This document shows positions 22,066 through 35,329 of a stretch of 64,000 nucleotides of DNA, piece by piece. The notes under the pieces are model-generated. The model saw nothing but the letters and a program-made list of their open reading frames with translations. It had not been told where the DNA came from and did no database searches. This DNA comes from Selaginella moellendorffii. Lineage: Eukaryota > Plantae > Lycopodiophyta. Where the stretch lies: contig NW_003314304.1 in assembly GCF_000143415.4 (NCBI RefSeq), positions 378,169-442,168 on the forward strand. The letters run 5' to 3'. Position numbers and translations under genes: made by a program. Position 1 is the first letter of the stretch, and every line of letters starts with the position of its first letter.

Positions 22066-25000
22066 TGTGAGACACAAAATCCCTAGGCCCCAAAGTGGAG
22101 CTGGAAAGGGTGCCACGTGGTAGTGGCCGAAGTGAAAGCCAAACGAGTGTAACACGTTTGGACTAAAAGCTCTAACTTAGAAGGTCGAGAGCGGGAGTGG
22201 AACTCCCAACAAAGTGCTCAAGGAGCGAGCACGAAGCGAGCAATAAGCAAGGCTCCAAAAAGGGACCCAAAAAGGACCAACACATGACATGTGGAAGTGT
22301 CCGAGATGGAGTCCGAGACAGACCCTAGTTGGAGTCCGATATGGACCCAAAGTGGAGTCCGATATGGAGTCTGAAGTGGAGTCCGATATGGAGTCCGAGA
22401 TGGACCTGAAGTGGAGTCCGAGGTGTACCGAGACGGAGTCCGAGATGGACCCGAGATGGAGTCCGAGATGGAGTCCAAGATGGAGTCCGAGGTGGACCAA
22501 GACGGAGTTCGAGATGGACCCGAGATGGAGTCCGAGATGGAGTCCGAGGTGGACCGAGACGGAGTCCGAGATGGACCCAAGATGGAGTCCGAGATGGAGT
22601 CCGAGATGGACCCGAGATGGAGTCCGAGATGGAGTACGAGGTGGACCGAGACGGAGTCCGAGATAGACCGAGACGAAGTCCGAGATGGAGTCCGAGATGG
22701 AGTCCGAGATGGACCGAGACGGAGCCCGAGATGGAGTCCGAGATGGAGTCCGAGATGGAGTCCGAGATGGACTGAGACGGAGCCCGAGATGGAGTCCGAG
22801 ATGGAGTCCGAGAAGGACCCGAGATGGAGTCCGAGGTCGAGACCGAGACCGGGACCGAGACCGGGACTGAGACCGAGACTAAGACCGAGACCGAGACTGG
22901 GACCGAGACCGGGACCGAGACCGAGACCGAGGCCAAGGCTGAGACCGAGCCCGAGCCCGAGTCCGAGTCCGAGTCCGAGTCCGAGTTCGAGTCTGAGAGG
23001 GTGAAAGCCCAAAGCGTTCATCTCCCAGACCCTGGGGGGTTTGGTGAGCTCCAAAAGTATAGTAAGGGGGAGGACTGCAGTGGAGCCAGTTTGGCCAGGA
23101 AAGGCCAATTGGGCCCAGGAAGGCCAGACCCAGTGTTGGGTGATGAACTGACCACTAGGAAGTCCAAGACTAGAGTGAACACGGACCGACAAGCGGGGTA
23201 GATTGGTGAAGTGTTCAAGAGCCGGTTCTAGTTCCCCCGGGAGATCGACTGGCCGATGCTCCCAGTCCAAGTGTGGGTGGCACTACCTACTTGGATACTA
23301 GGCGTGGCTCAATGGAACCTCGCTCTAAGCCTATGGCTAGAGCACGCAAGGGCGAAAGGCCAGGAAAGTACCTAGGTGGCTCGCGTAAGGCCACGGTGTT
23401 ACGAAATGTCGTCCCAAAGGCCCAGACTGTGGAAAGGAAGAGGAGCAGTCCTCTGGGGTGTGACCAAGGACACAGTCATGTGGTGATGAAGTCCCAGAAG
23501 ACCGTGGGACTTAGTGGTCGGGCCTGTGGGCCTCGATCCAATGGCAGTGTTGGCAAACACGGCCAAAGGCAAAAAGGGATTTAGTGGGGATTGACAGAGG
23601 GATATTGGGGAAGGCTATTCCCTTTGTCGGTGGGCATCCTAAGGATGCTAAGGAGTGGATCTGGGGTGACCACTCATGGATGGTTGGCCCAGTCTTGGAG
23701 AGACAAGACTGTGTTGCAAGTGGTATTGGACTACCAGTGCAGCAAAGGTGATTGGGCATGGCCTTAGCGTAACAGGCTGCTATGTCGGTGGTACCTTTGA
23801 GTGTCGGTGATGGGATCGGACACATGGAGCACTTGGACCAGGTGCAAGGGTTGAGTGGCATGGATGCCATTCTTGGGGCTAGCAAGTCCCAAGTCCTGAA
23901 TTGGACTTATGGAGGTTGTGAATGAGACTCCTCCAAATGGTCGGAGGTGTGGTTAAGTGACTAAAGTAGAATGGAAAAATTAGTCGCTTACAACTTGGTA
24001 TCAGAGCTGTTCCTTAGTCCGACTTTTATTGGTGCTCAAGTATATCACCATTGATGTTGGCATCGGAAGGTCCTAGGAGTGGGCTTATCCTTGAGGAGTA
24101 GCATGTCGAGAGGACATGGCTCTCCACTCAAGTTCATGCGTGAACTTCGGCACAATGTGGTGGATAGAAAAGGGCCAATAATGGAATGACTTTGTGGATC
24201 TTGGGAACAGTATAAGGTTTCCTCAGAGAGCTAAGGATGTGATCCAAATGAGTGTTTGACGCAACAAACGGGCTAACGTAGTTGTGATAAACAACTATAG
24301 TTGGGATCACGGGAAAGATAAAGACTCCAAAGCAATAAAGGAGTCACAAGATTATCCTCATATAGTTGAGGTTGGTGCTCATGAATGTGAGACCAGAAGT
24401 AATGACTGTGGGAGGTCAAATACGGAAGAGGGCTCAAGTCCTTGAAATGGTAGCCGAGGCTACCTTTAATAAATGCTGGAACAACCCAAGGAGTTGGGGG
24501 GTGTACTTAGAGATGAGTTGGTATTCTCATCACATGAACAAGTAGTCCTAAGGGGCAAAGGTTGCCCCAGAGAACAAAATCAAGTGTCAGAGTAACATTT
24601 GTAAAAATAGTCCTTGTGAGTGAGGACATGAATGCAAGAAGTGTATTCCAGTGAGCTAGTGCCCGACAAGTAGGACCTTACGGGTCTGTGGATGAACCAA
24701 GTCCAAAACTGTTGGATGACTCAAGTAGAGTCAAGGAATGGTCCTAAAGGACTGATGGAAGCATTTAGACTGAAGTGTGTGGTGCCCCACGAAGGATGGG
24801 GGGGATCATAGGATCCAAGGATGAGAACAGAGGGTATCTCATCGATGGCAAAATATGCCATGCTAAAGTCGTGGGAAGGGTGTTCCCAAAAAGAAAACAA
24901 CTTTGAAACAAAGTTGTGCGTGACCTTTATGGTGCAGTGCTAATGGATGGTTGGCATGAGAAAGAGTGGTATTGGTCTTGGCAAAGACTTAGACACAAAG

Positions 25001-28000
25001 AAGAAGTGTCATAGAGGTAGGCTCGTGGAGCTAATGGTGTGGAGACACCAAATGTGCCAAGGTGTGATACCTTGAGGCTATGTTGGTGGGTTCATGAGAA
25101 CCCCTTGCCAAAGGAATCCCAATGGAAATGGGAATGGCATAGCCTAAGTTGCAAAGCATGCAGTTGGAGTGTGGTGACTCAGATAATGATGGAGGTGTGG
25201 AAGCACCAGCAATGAGTTGTAGGACTTGACAACTATGAGGCAACTAAGCAAGAGGTGCAAAATAATTGGTTAAACGGGTAGAAGGTAGCTACCCAAGCCT
25301 TCTTAATGGCATAAGGAAATTGGATATACTCTTAGGGGGGATAAGTTGCTTATGTTGCGATATAGTAAGTCAATGTCATGAAAGGAAATACTCATTGTCA
25401 AGGAAGCCATCATTGGGACACCTGAACACTGTAGAACACCAGGAGGTGGTGTTTGATGTCGTGAGGGCAATAGATAAGGCCCAAGGGACTAAGTCCCTAG
25501 CGAATGATGGATAGAAGGTGCTATCCAAATGTCCAAGGTGGCGGAGACAGGAGAAGACTGTCTACTCGAATTGGACAAAGCCAAAAATGGAATTTTGGCA
25601 AGGCTAGCGATGGGCATGTAAAGGCCCATAAGCAACAACGTAATCTCGGTGTATGGGATTATAGGGTGAGCATACCTGGATTGAGGAACCACTCCCTAGG
25701 CTATCGGGTAGGTTCATCCCTAAGAATACTTGCTAAGGTATGATAGAAAGTGCAAAGCTATCCTCCTGGTCTGGAGGAGAATGACTGAAGGAAATGTGTG
25801 AAGCTGAAAGCAAGAAGTATGGGGGTAGAACCAAACCATAGGAATCGAAGGGCATAACCAAGGTTGGTTATGCCAGCTGGGAGTGGAGAATCAAGTGGGG
25901 GCTCGAGGGTGTTGCCGCTAGCAACTATGATGCCATGGAGAGTCTAAAATATGGAATTGTCCATGTTAGACTATATGGTAATTGGAAAGCTTGCAAAAAG
26001 GGAGGCCTTAGCAAGCTAAAGGACAGTTCCTTCAAGGTTCCCAAAGATGATTCTAGGTAGCTTGGTACCTAGAAAGGCCAAGCGTAAATGGTTCAAAGAA
26101 CGCGCAAAATCAGAGTGGCGCAGCAGAAGCGTGGTCTTGAAGCTTGCCATGAGGCAAGGCTATCAAGGTTAGGGAAGTAGTTCCCGAGTGTTCAAAGAGA
26201 GGGCTTTGAATGAAAGTCAATGATCAAGGGCTTTCACGCTTGTGCAGGAACCATGTTACAGTGGTCGGAGGACTTGCCAAAGCGAGATTGGCAAGTCAGG
26301 GGAACAAATACCCTAGTTGAAAGTGATAACTTCAAAAAGGGTGGGCCATGGGGCCAAGCATGGAGGAGTCCATGCATGATCACAGACTTGTCAAGTGAGA
26401 GGACTTGGTAGTGTGGAGGAACTAGGTTCCTAAGCTGTGATCTATAGCGCGTTTTGAGTATAAGTTGGTGCACCGGCGTGGGGAGTCACGCCAGGCATCC
26501 TGGGTGATGCCGTCCGTAGATGCATATACGGAGGTTGGGTTTGAGTCCCGACCCTCTAGTGCTTGGGTTCGAGTCCCAACTCACTAGGGCGTGGTGATGG
26601 TTTGGAATATGAGGACACTCATTTTTCGGTGGTCATGGACTCTCAGTGTGGAGACTGGTTTGGGCACACCGCCAAGCGAGGGATGCCTCGGAGTCGTGAT
26701 GCACGGTTAGATTGCTTAGTATGGCTCAGCATATCTAACTTGAACACTTTGGTGCCAGTGGCACCAAGGACATGGTGAATGAGATGAGTCTCAGTTGCTA
26801 TGGACCCTTGGCCGGAAGGGCTAGCTTGGGCGCACCGCCAAGTGTGGGGGATGCCCCTGGGGTCGTAGTTAACAAGTTAAAGGTCTGGAAGACCTAGTAC
26901 CTATTGGCAAACCTGTTAAGGTGCCGAAGTGAAATCACTAGGTGATCTTGTGGCTAAATAAGGACAAAGTCCTTGTTTGGGCTAAGGAATAAGGTTCCTA
27001 GTTCAAAGTGTTGATTTGAACTATTGATGATGGTGTAGTTTGGTCAAGGTGACCAAGTGGGAAAAGCCTTTTAGGGAAATGAGCTATGTCATTGCGATGG
27101 CATAGTGTGTCCAATGAAAGTAGTCTCTAAAGAGACCCATGGGAGGGTCACAAAGTTGGGCCGTGGATAGAGCCCACAGCAGAAGATGCTAAAGAGACTT
27201 ACTAGGGGTGAACACCCTAGTTTTGGCAAAGCAGAGCCTTTGCTATGGAATCAAAAGAATACCTCAAGGAGGGAGGCAGAGATTCGGTGTTGTTTGGTGC
27301 AACAATCAACGGATAGGAGCAAAAGATGAGTGGCCAAGATAGGGCCGTGGAATCCCTTGGAAGGAATCCAAGTGACAAAGTTAGGCGAGAAACAATAATG
27401 TGTTGGACGCTAACAAATTGCGAGAAAGGAAGTGTGTTTCCAAGGATGGATTCCGAATTGCTCCGATTTGGCGAAAGTGGAAGCTCCAAGGGAGGGAGCG
27501 GTAAGGTAGCCAAATGATGGGGCCGTGGACAGCCCTAGCACAAAATATGATAAATGGAACTTAGTGCCCAAGGTGGCACGAAATAGAAGAGAGGATGATG
27601 GTGCCCTCAAGTAAAGAACTTCCTAGGATGGGAAGTGGAGTTGCACAATATGTGCAAAGCAAGGTGTTGGAGACACCTAGGAAAATTGACTTCAAGAAGT
27701 CAAAAGTAAACATTCCAAAGTGCAAAGGTTATATCGATGAAAATTGAGACTACTCAAGATGGAGTAGTGGGATTGAGATAGAGATGGTGTCTCTAACAAG
27801 TTTAGCGAGAACTAAACCAATAAACGGAAAGAACCACCACAAGTGGTCCAATTAGTCTCTAAGTTGGAGAGACTATCCTCCTTAGAGGATGGACAAGGCA
27901 TGGTGAGCCTTCGGGGTCAAACCATAGACAAATATTGGCCGGGTGTCAAGGATGGGAATGGTAATATCTGCGGGTGTTACTTTATAAAAGGGTTTACCAT

Positions 28001-29942
28001 TCAATGAGGACATCGAACTTCATCTATGGGTGGTGGAGTTGTGAGACACAAAATCCCTAGGCCCCAAAGTGGAGCTGGAAAGGGTGCCACGTGGTAGTGG
28101 CCGAAGTGAAAGCCAAACGAGTGTAACATGTTTGGATTAAAAGCTCTGACTTAGAAGGTCGAGAGTGGGAGTGGAACTCCCAACAAAGTGCTCAAGGAGT
28201 GAGTACGAAGCGAGCAATAAGCAAGGCTCCAAAAAGGGACCCAAAAAGGACCAACACATGACACGTGGAAGTGTCCGAGATGGAGTCCGAGACGGACCCT
28301 AGTTGGAGTCCAATATGGACCCAAAGTGGAGTCCGATATAGAGTCCGAAGTGGAGTCCGAGATGGAGTCTGATATGGAGTCCGAGATGGACCCGAAGTGG
28401 AGTCCGAGGTGTACCGAGACGGAGTCTGAGATGGACCCGAGATGGAGTCCGAGATGGAGTCCGAGGTGGACCAAGATGGAGTCCGAGATGGAGTTCGAGA
28501 TGGACCCGAGATGGAGTCCGAGATGGACCTGAGATGGAGTCCGAGATGGAGTACGAGGTGGACCGAGACGGAGTCCGAGATGGACTCGAGATGGAGTCCG
28601 AGATGGACCTGAGATGGAGTCCGAGATGGAGTACGAGGTGGACCGAGACGGAGTCCGAGATGGACCCAAGATGGAGTCCGAGATGGACCGAGACGGAGTC
28701 CGAGATGGAGTCCGAGATGGACCGAGACGGAGCCCGAGATGGAGTCCGAGATGGAGTCTGAGAAGGACCCGAGATGGAGTCCGAGGTCGAGACCGAGACC
28801 GGGACCGAGACCGGGACCGAGACCGAGACCGAGATCGAGACCGGGACCGAGACTGGGACCGAGACCGAGACCGAGCCCAAGGCTGAGACCGAGCCCGAGC
28901 CCGAGTCCGAGTCCGAGTCCGAGTCCGAGTCCGAGTTCGAGTCTCAGAGTGTGAAAGACCAAAGCGTTCGTCTCCCAGACCCTGGGGGGTTTGGTGAGCT
29001 CCAAAAGTATAGTAAGGGGGAGGACTGCAGTGGAGCCAGTTTGGCCAGGAAAGGCCAGTTGGGCCCAGGAAGGCCAGACCCAGTGTTGGGTGATGAACTG
29101 ACCACTGGGAAGTCCAAGACTAGAGTGAACACGGACCGACAAGCGGGGTAGATTGGTGAAGTGTTCAAGAGCCGGTTCTAGTTCCCCCGGGAGATCGACT
29201 GGCCGATGCTCCCAGTCCAAGTGTGGGTGGCACTACCTACTTGGATACCAGGCGTGGCTCAATGGAACCTCGCTCTAAGCCCATGGCTAGAGCACCCAAG
29301 GGCGGAAGGCGGGGAAAGTACCTAGGTGGCTCGCGTAAGGCCACAGTGTTCCGAAATGTCGTCCCAAAGGCCCAGACTGTGGAAAGGAAGAGGAGCAGTC
29401 CTCTGGGGTGTGACCAAGGACACAGTCGTGTGGTGATGAAGTCCCAGAGGACCGTGGGACTTAGTGGTCGAGCCTGTGGACCTCGATCCAATGGCAGTGT
29501 TGGCAAACACGGTCAAAGGCAAAAAGGGATTTAGTGGGGACTGACAGAGGGATATTGGGGAAGGCTATTCCCTTTGTCGGTGGGCATCCTAAGGATGCTA
29601 AGGAGTGGATCTGGGGTGACCACTCATGGATGGTTGGCCCAGTCTTGGAGAGACAAGACTGTGTTGCAAGTGGTATTAGACTACCAGTGCAGCAAAAGTG
29701 ATTGGGCATGGCCTTAGCGTAACAGGCTGCTATGTCGATGGTACCTTTGAGTGTCGGTGATGGGATCGGACACATGGAGCACTTGGACCAGGTGCAAGGG
29801 TTGAGTGGCATGGATGCCATTCTTGGGGCTAGCAAGTCCCAAGTCCTGAATTGGACTTATGGAGGTTGTGAATGAGACTCCTCCAAATGGTCGGAGGTGT
29901 GGTTAAGTGACTAAAGTAGAATGGAAAAATTAGTCACTTACA
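22066..29942 (+). mobile_element. Structurally complete, young, non-coding LTR retrotransposon (LARD-like): LTRs 22066-23992 and 28040-29942, TSD ACACT
   Basis: Near-identical TG...CA LTRs of 1927 and 1903 bp. ACACT at 22061-22065 and 29943-29947. PBS TGGTATCAGAGC at 23996-24007 and PPT-like ATGGGTGGTGGAG before 28040. The ~4 kb interior has no ORF reaching 100 aa in the supplied track. Confidence 0.95.
22300..22995. repeat. LTR minisatellite of 6/12-bp units (GAGATG-GAGTCC, GAGACC, GAGTCC); second copy ~28275-28945
   Basis: Directly visible; it produces the low-complexity ORFs in several frames. Confidence 0.95.
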
Positions 29943-32900
29943 ACACTCTCGCTATCATACCCATTGTGTTGGTCTTGTTTTGGTCCTAATAACTATTTAT
30001 GGAAAATATCTAGATTTGTTAATTTGGCATATTTATGGAATGTAGAGATTGTTCTAAACACGATAGTGTTATTCCCATGTCCAAATTTGTAATCTAGCAC
30101 CATTCTATATTTAGTAAATTTTCACACTTGACCCAAAGACTAACTCTTGATACTAAGGGTAATTAAGAGTGAAAGCCCAAAGCATGCATTTCTCAAGGGG
30201 CAAGGGGCTATGGGGGGGTTTTAAATGTATAGTAGGGATAATAGGTAGGTTAAGTATGGTTAAAGTATAGTCTAGCTCCTATTTGTATACCTATCCTTGT
30301 TTTACATTCGGCTTGAGTCTCAACCCAAGTTCCACACCATGGTAGCTAATGGAATACCCATATCCTTGTATTAGGCCACCAGTATGCTAAAATAGCACCA
30401 AACTTTATTTGCCTCTATTTTGTGTGTTGGTTTTGACATTGGGATGTTAGAAGCTTTAAGACTATTCTAATGTCATTTTGTGCTTTTATCCCTTCACTCC
30501 TTGGGCTGTATGTTCAAAAGTCACTCCATGCTCCAGTTCCTTCACTCTTTAGTTGCAAGTTTGGGAGTTTGGCTCCATTCCTTCATTTAGTAGTTCAAGG
30601 TCTTGAAATTTGGGTTTTGCTCCACTGTTTTTGGACACATAGCATGTGGCATGTGACACATGGCATATAGAGAGTTTAAGGTTCCACTCCATGGTTATCC
30701 TATGATAAACCACTATAGGATAAATGGTTAAAACCACGTGCTCTAAATTTGGTATCAGAGAAAAAGTCTCAATGAGTACTATTCAATGAGATTGGGCAAC
30801 TAGTCTCGTTGTATATGTAAAGATGACAATAATAATCCAAGTGGATATATGTTTGAGTATTATAACTTTGCATTCATTTCTTAGGTATGGATTTACCTTT
30901 TGTACTATATTGTGTGAGTTTGTGCTTGGGCTCATAAGATAGATGTGAGATGCTCCATTTGCATGAGTTTATGCTTGGGCTTGTGAATGAGGCACATTAG
31001 CAAATCAAGGTTACACTTTAAGTTAGCAAGATTAACATTAGTTTATCAATGGTTATCATGAGTGGTTTTATATACCATGGGTAGAAGTAAACCTCCCTTA
31101 AGTTTGCTATGAGTGGCAAATAGGTTGATTTGTAGCTATTTAGCATAAGACTAGTGGATCCTTCCTAAACATGATTATGAGTGGATCAATCAAGACTGTA
31201 GAGATTAATCTATTGGTTCAAGTAGTCATTGTCATACTCTTTCATAAATATTTTTTGGATTGGACTAAAAGCACAAGTTTGAGGTTTAGTGAAGATGAGA
31301 CTAAAAAGAGAGCTATTAGGGATGAAAGATTAAACATGTAAATCATTTTTTTTTCTTAGAGAAATGATTCACAATGAAGTGTTAACTTATTGCTCATGTT
31401 CACATCATGCAATCAAAAGTCTTTACCTTGATGCATATTAGTTATGATGGTCTTACAAATGGTGAATCATGGGATGGATTGGTGAAGCATTAAACCATTT
31501 TGCTTAAGCTTGATATTGAAAGACCTTAGTTATAATACTCAATTCTTTTTTAGAGAATTTTGCTATTATTCCTTGAGTCACTTAGTGTAGGATATAAATC
31601 TTTATTGGTGGGGTATGTCATTTATATTGCATTTTGTCGAATAAAGGTTGCATTGATACTCATGTAAACCTTTGAAGTAATTACATAGGCAATGCTCATA
31701 ATGTTGCTTGATTGATGATCAAGTCAATGTGATACTTATATTATATCCATATGATAGTGAATAATGTGTTTACAAAGTTGTTTGGTCAAAACAATTATCA
31801 ACCCTAAAGTGGTTGATGGAAAAGCTAGTTTATTTACAAATAATAACATTAAAATAGCTTTAACTCAGTTCTCAATGGTGGTCCATTATACTAAGCTTAA
31901 GTTGGTACCTTGTTTTCTTGAGAGTTTGCCTATTGAGGTGTTGGAAAACATTATAACATTTATTTGCTATAACTTGTTGATAAACCATTAGCACTTAAAG
32001 TAGATTATTGAATAGAGAAGATGTAAAGTTGAGGCATTAATATTTTTAGCACTTGTGTTAGTGGTAGTGGCATTGTTATGTCAAGTGATGAGGTATTTTC
32101 CTTAAAACTTACTTTTTTATGTCATTTTTCTTGTTAGTATTTTGGTTTCATATTTAATCTTGAAAGTGATTAAAGAAGAGTGTTAATGCGATATGGATAT
32201 CTAAAGATATAGTCTTCGTGATCAAGTTTTTGATATATATTTTCATTTTGTGGATGTTAGTGTTGGATGTTAGAAATATAGATATAATGTTCAATGCTTA
32301 AACATGTTGTTAGGTCATGAGAATTTATGTTAAGGTGAATCTATGTGAAGTTGTAAGTAGGAAGAAGTTGGTTGAGTCTTGAAATTTGTATTCCTAGATT
32401 GAGAGTCATTCTTTCTCTAGGATGGTCACAAATTTTCTTAAGTTTTTCTAATGGCTAATTTGTTAATCATTTTATTTGTCTCAAGTACTAACTAAAGTAT
32501 CTTCAACTTTAGTTAGCTTGGTTGTTAAAGAGTTTTGAGTGGTGATTTACTCTTACTTTTTTTTAGCTTTGTTATAGTGTTGGTAGCATTAAAGTGATGT
32601 TTTACCATTGATATTGTTAATGTTGAGACTTGAGTGAAATGAGATGTCTCTCCATATAACTGATATTAAGTTTCATTAATCTCAATATAAATAGTGTTAA
32701 TAATTTAGTTGTAGCTTTATATTGTTAGCATTGGTGCATTTGCTAGTTAACAACTATGTTGATGTTCAAATGAGCTAAGTGGCAAGTTTAAGTTAGTTAT
32801 ATTTTAGACAAGATTGTTTAGTAGGGGTTGAGCTTTCGCTTTTCGCTTTTCCTTAAAATGTGATTTGGCCATGGACTGTACTAACTTTATGAGAGAAAGA

Positions 32901-35329
32901 GTTAGTGACTGATATTGAAGTTATTGAATCTTTATTGGATTTGAGTAAGAATTATATCGATCATCAATAAATCTTTTTGTATTTGTTATGAAATGAGTTA
33001 TATCTTGCTATAGATGGATTCATAAAAGATTGTTTAATGATCATTTGTTGAGCATAATTTTATTGTGCTTGGTTATTGGATTAATGTAGATATGCTCTTC
33101 ATTAATTTTGCCATTATAAAGTTTAGCTTTTGGATATGTTGAGGAGGATATTGTGGCTTATACCATGATTTCTTGTTTAGTATTAAAATTAGTTCATGTG
33201 AGACTTATGATCATTGTTAAGTGAGACTTGGCTATAAGCTTCTTCAAGCATTTTATTCTTTAAGTTTTATGCTTATTATTCCATTTGTTAGGAGTTGTTG
33301 GGGAAAATATTTTAGCTTATTAGCTTCAATATTGGAATTAATATTTGCATTTAACAATCATTGGTGATGGTTGATTGTCATTTAAAATAGTTGATTATCC
33401 TTATCAAAGGTTTTTCTTGATTATTATTGATTAAAATGATTTACCGTTCTTCGGGATGATGAATTCTTTCTTCAATGACGATTATACATCTTTTTATTGA
33501 TGGGATGAATTATGTTATTTTATGATGGTTAGTTGCTCTCTTTTATAGCTTTTTGCTTTTCGCATTGCCACATATTCTTTATGGTTTACTTTAGTTCAGT
33601 TTCTTGGGTTTAAGATATCAATAGGGTGTTGCTGACACTTTCTTGAGCAATTCTAATTCCTTGGTATTGTTGATTAGAATTTATTCAGATTGGCTAATTC
33701 GATGGTTAACATGAATTGCTTTGCAATATTCATTTTATTTTGTTGACATTTTACTTATCTATCAATGATATTTTATGTTCTTTTAGTTCTTTTTTGTAAG
33801 ATGTTTGGCATACTATCTGCATTCTTTGATAGTTAAGTTTTATCATTGAGTATTGTTGATGGAAAAATTGCTATTAAATTTTGTTGAACGATGAATCCTA
33901 TATTTTCCAATTATGATGATCTTGGTGGTTCCTATGCTCTAATTCTGGTTTATTAGACCATAACTTCCTTGGAATACTTTTGTGTTCTAATCTAAGATTC
34001 ATTCATTGATAATTTGGTCTCTTAAATATCATTATCTCTAACTTTAATATTGTTCATCTCTTGATCTTTAAGTTTGGGCCAATATAAATAGATTGGTTTT
34101 GACACTTCGTGTGTATGGTGAAATCTTTAGTCATGGGGTAGTTACTATCGATTGGTCACATCAACTATCTCTCTCTTAATGTTCCTTATTTTTTTCAAAG
34201 GGCAAACAACTCTAATTACCTATTTACAATAGTCTATCTAAACCATATCAATAAATTTGGTTTATTTACTCATAAGGGTTGGGACTTCTAGCTTCTTTCT
34301 CTATGTCATCTAATATCATCTTTTGTAAGTTAGGTGACATTCAAAGTAGCAAGAATGACTAACTCCATTAATCATTTCTTTGTTGGCGATTGCTAAAAGG
34401 TGTATAAGTTGTAATGCATTTGTGTTAGATAGAGAAGTTACCCTAACTCATTTAAGTTGATGCATTTCTTACAATGTGTGAAAACTATAAACTTTTTTTG
34501 GAGTTCTTCCTTGGCAGTATGATTAGAGTATGCATCGACAAAAACATTGATCTTCCCTAAGAGGGGGAGAGTGTTGTAAATGTGAAAGTTATCTGTCGGT
34601 GAGTCTTTCGGATATTTTTTCTTTACTACCACGATGGCAAAAGGTTGGTATTTCTGAACCCTATATCCCTTTTTTCCAAGCAAATATTGAGGGACCAAGA
34701 TCAATATTGCATAGGTTCTTGTCAAGCCAATATAGGACAAAGCAAAAGAGAACTAAAAAATCAGGCCAAATATACTTAGCTAAATAGACATTTAGGAATT
34801 CCTTTCTTATGCTCATCCAGCCAAGTACATATGCTAAATCAAGTTTACTAACAGATAATTTACCATGTCTGCCAAACACTCCCGCTATTATGCCCCTTGT
34901 ATTGGTTTCATTACAATCTCTATAGTTATTTATGGAAAGTGTCTAGATTTACTAGATTCAAACATTGTATTTATATGAAAAGAGGAATAATTTCAAATTT
35001 GAAATTCCCAATAGTTTTAAATTTAAAATTTGCAAAACTTATAATTCAATAATCAAGGAAACAAAGATATTGCTTAAGGGTAAGGACCATTCCATGCCTT
35101 AGACTTTCCATGGCACCACAGTTGCTAGTAACAACAAGTACACTTTAGCCATATTATCTTACGTAATAAAAGACTCATCAGGCTCCTTTGGTGCAACAAT
35201 AAGAATACCTCTCACAAAAATCTTTATTGTTCACATTTGGCATTCCAAGCCTCTATATCTCTCTCAACATTTGCCTCACCCAAGTTGATAAGAATATATA
35301 TAAATGCAATATGCTTGGATGAAAATAGG

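Larger units (their letters stand above)
21737..34960 (+). mobile_element. Old Ty1/Copia-like LTR retrotransposon; 5' LTR split by the 22066-29942 element, 3' LTR truncated
   Basis: The 5' LTR starts TGTTG at 21737 and resumes at 29948. PBS TGGTATCAGAG (tRNA-iMet) at 30750. PPT AAGAGGGGGAGAG precedes TGTTG at 34572. Faint Copia RT echoes (KARLVARG-, KSLYGLKQ- and YVDD-like) at ~32780-33160. Confidence 0.65.

Noticed and set aside
22218-23270. 350-aa and 342-aa (28192-29220) antisense ORFs in the LTRs
   Set aside because: They start at TTG, are mostly low-complexity 6-bp repeat translation with several frames open, and show no domain. Conservation is explained by LTR identity.
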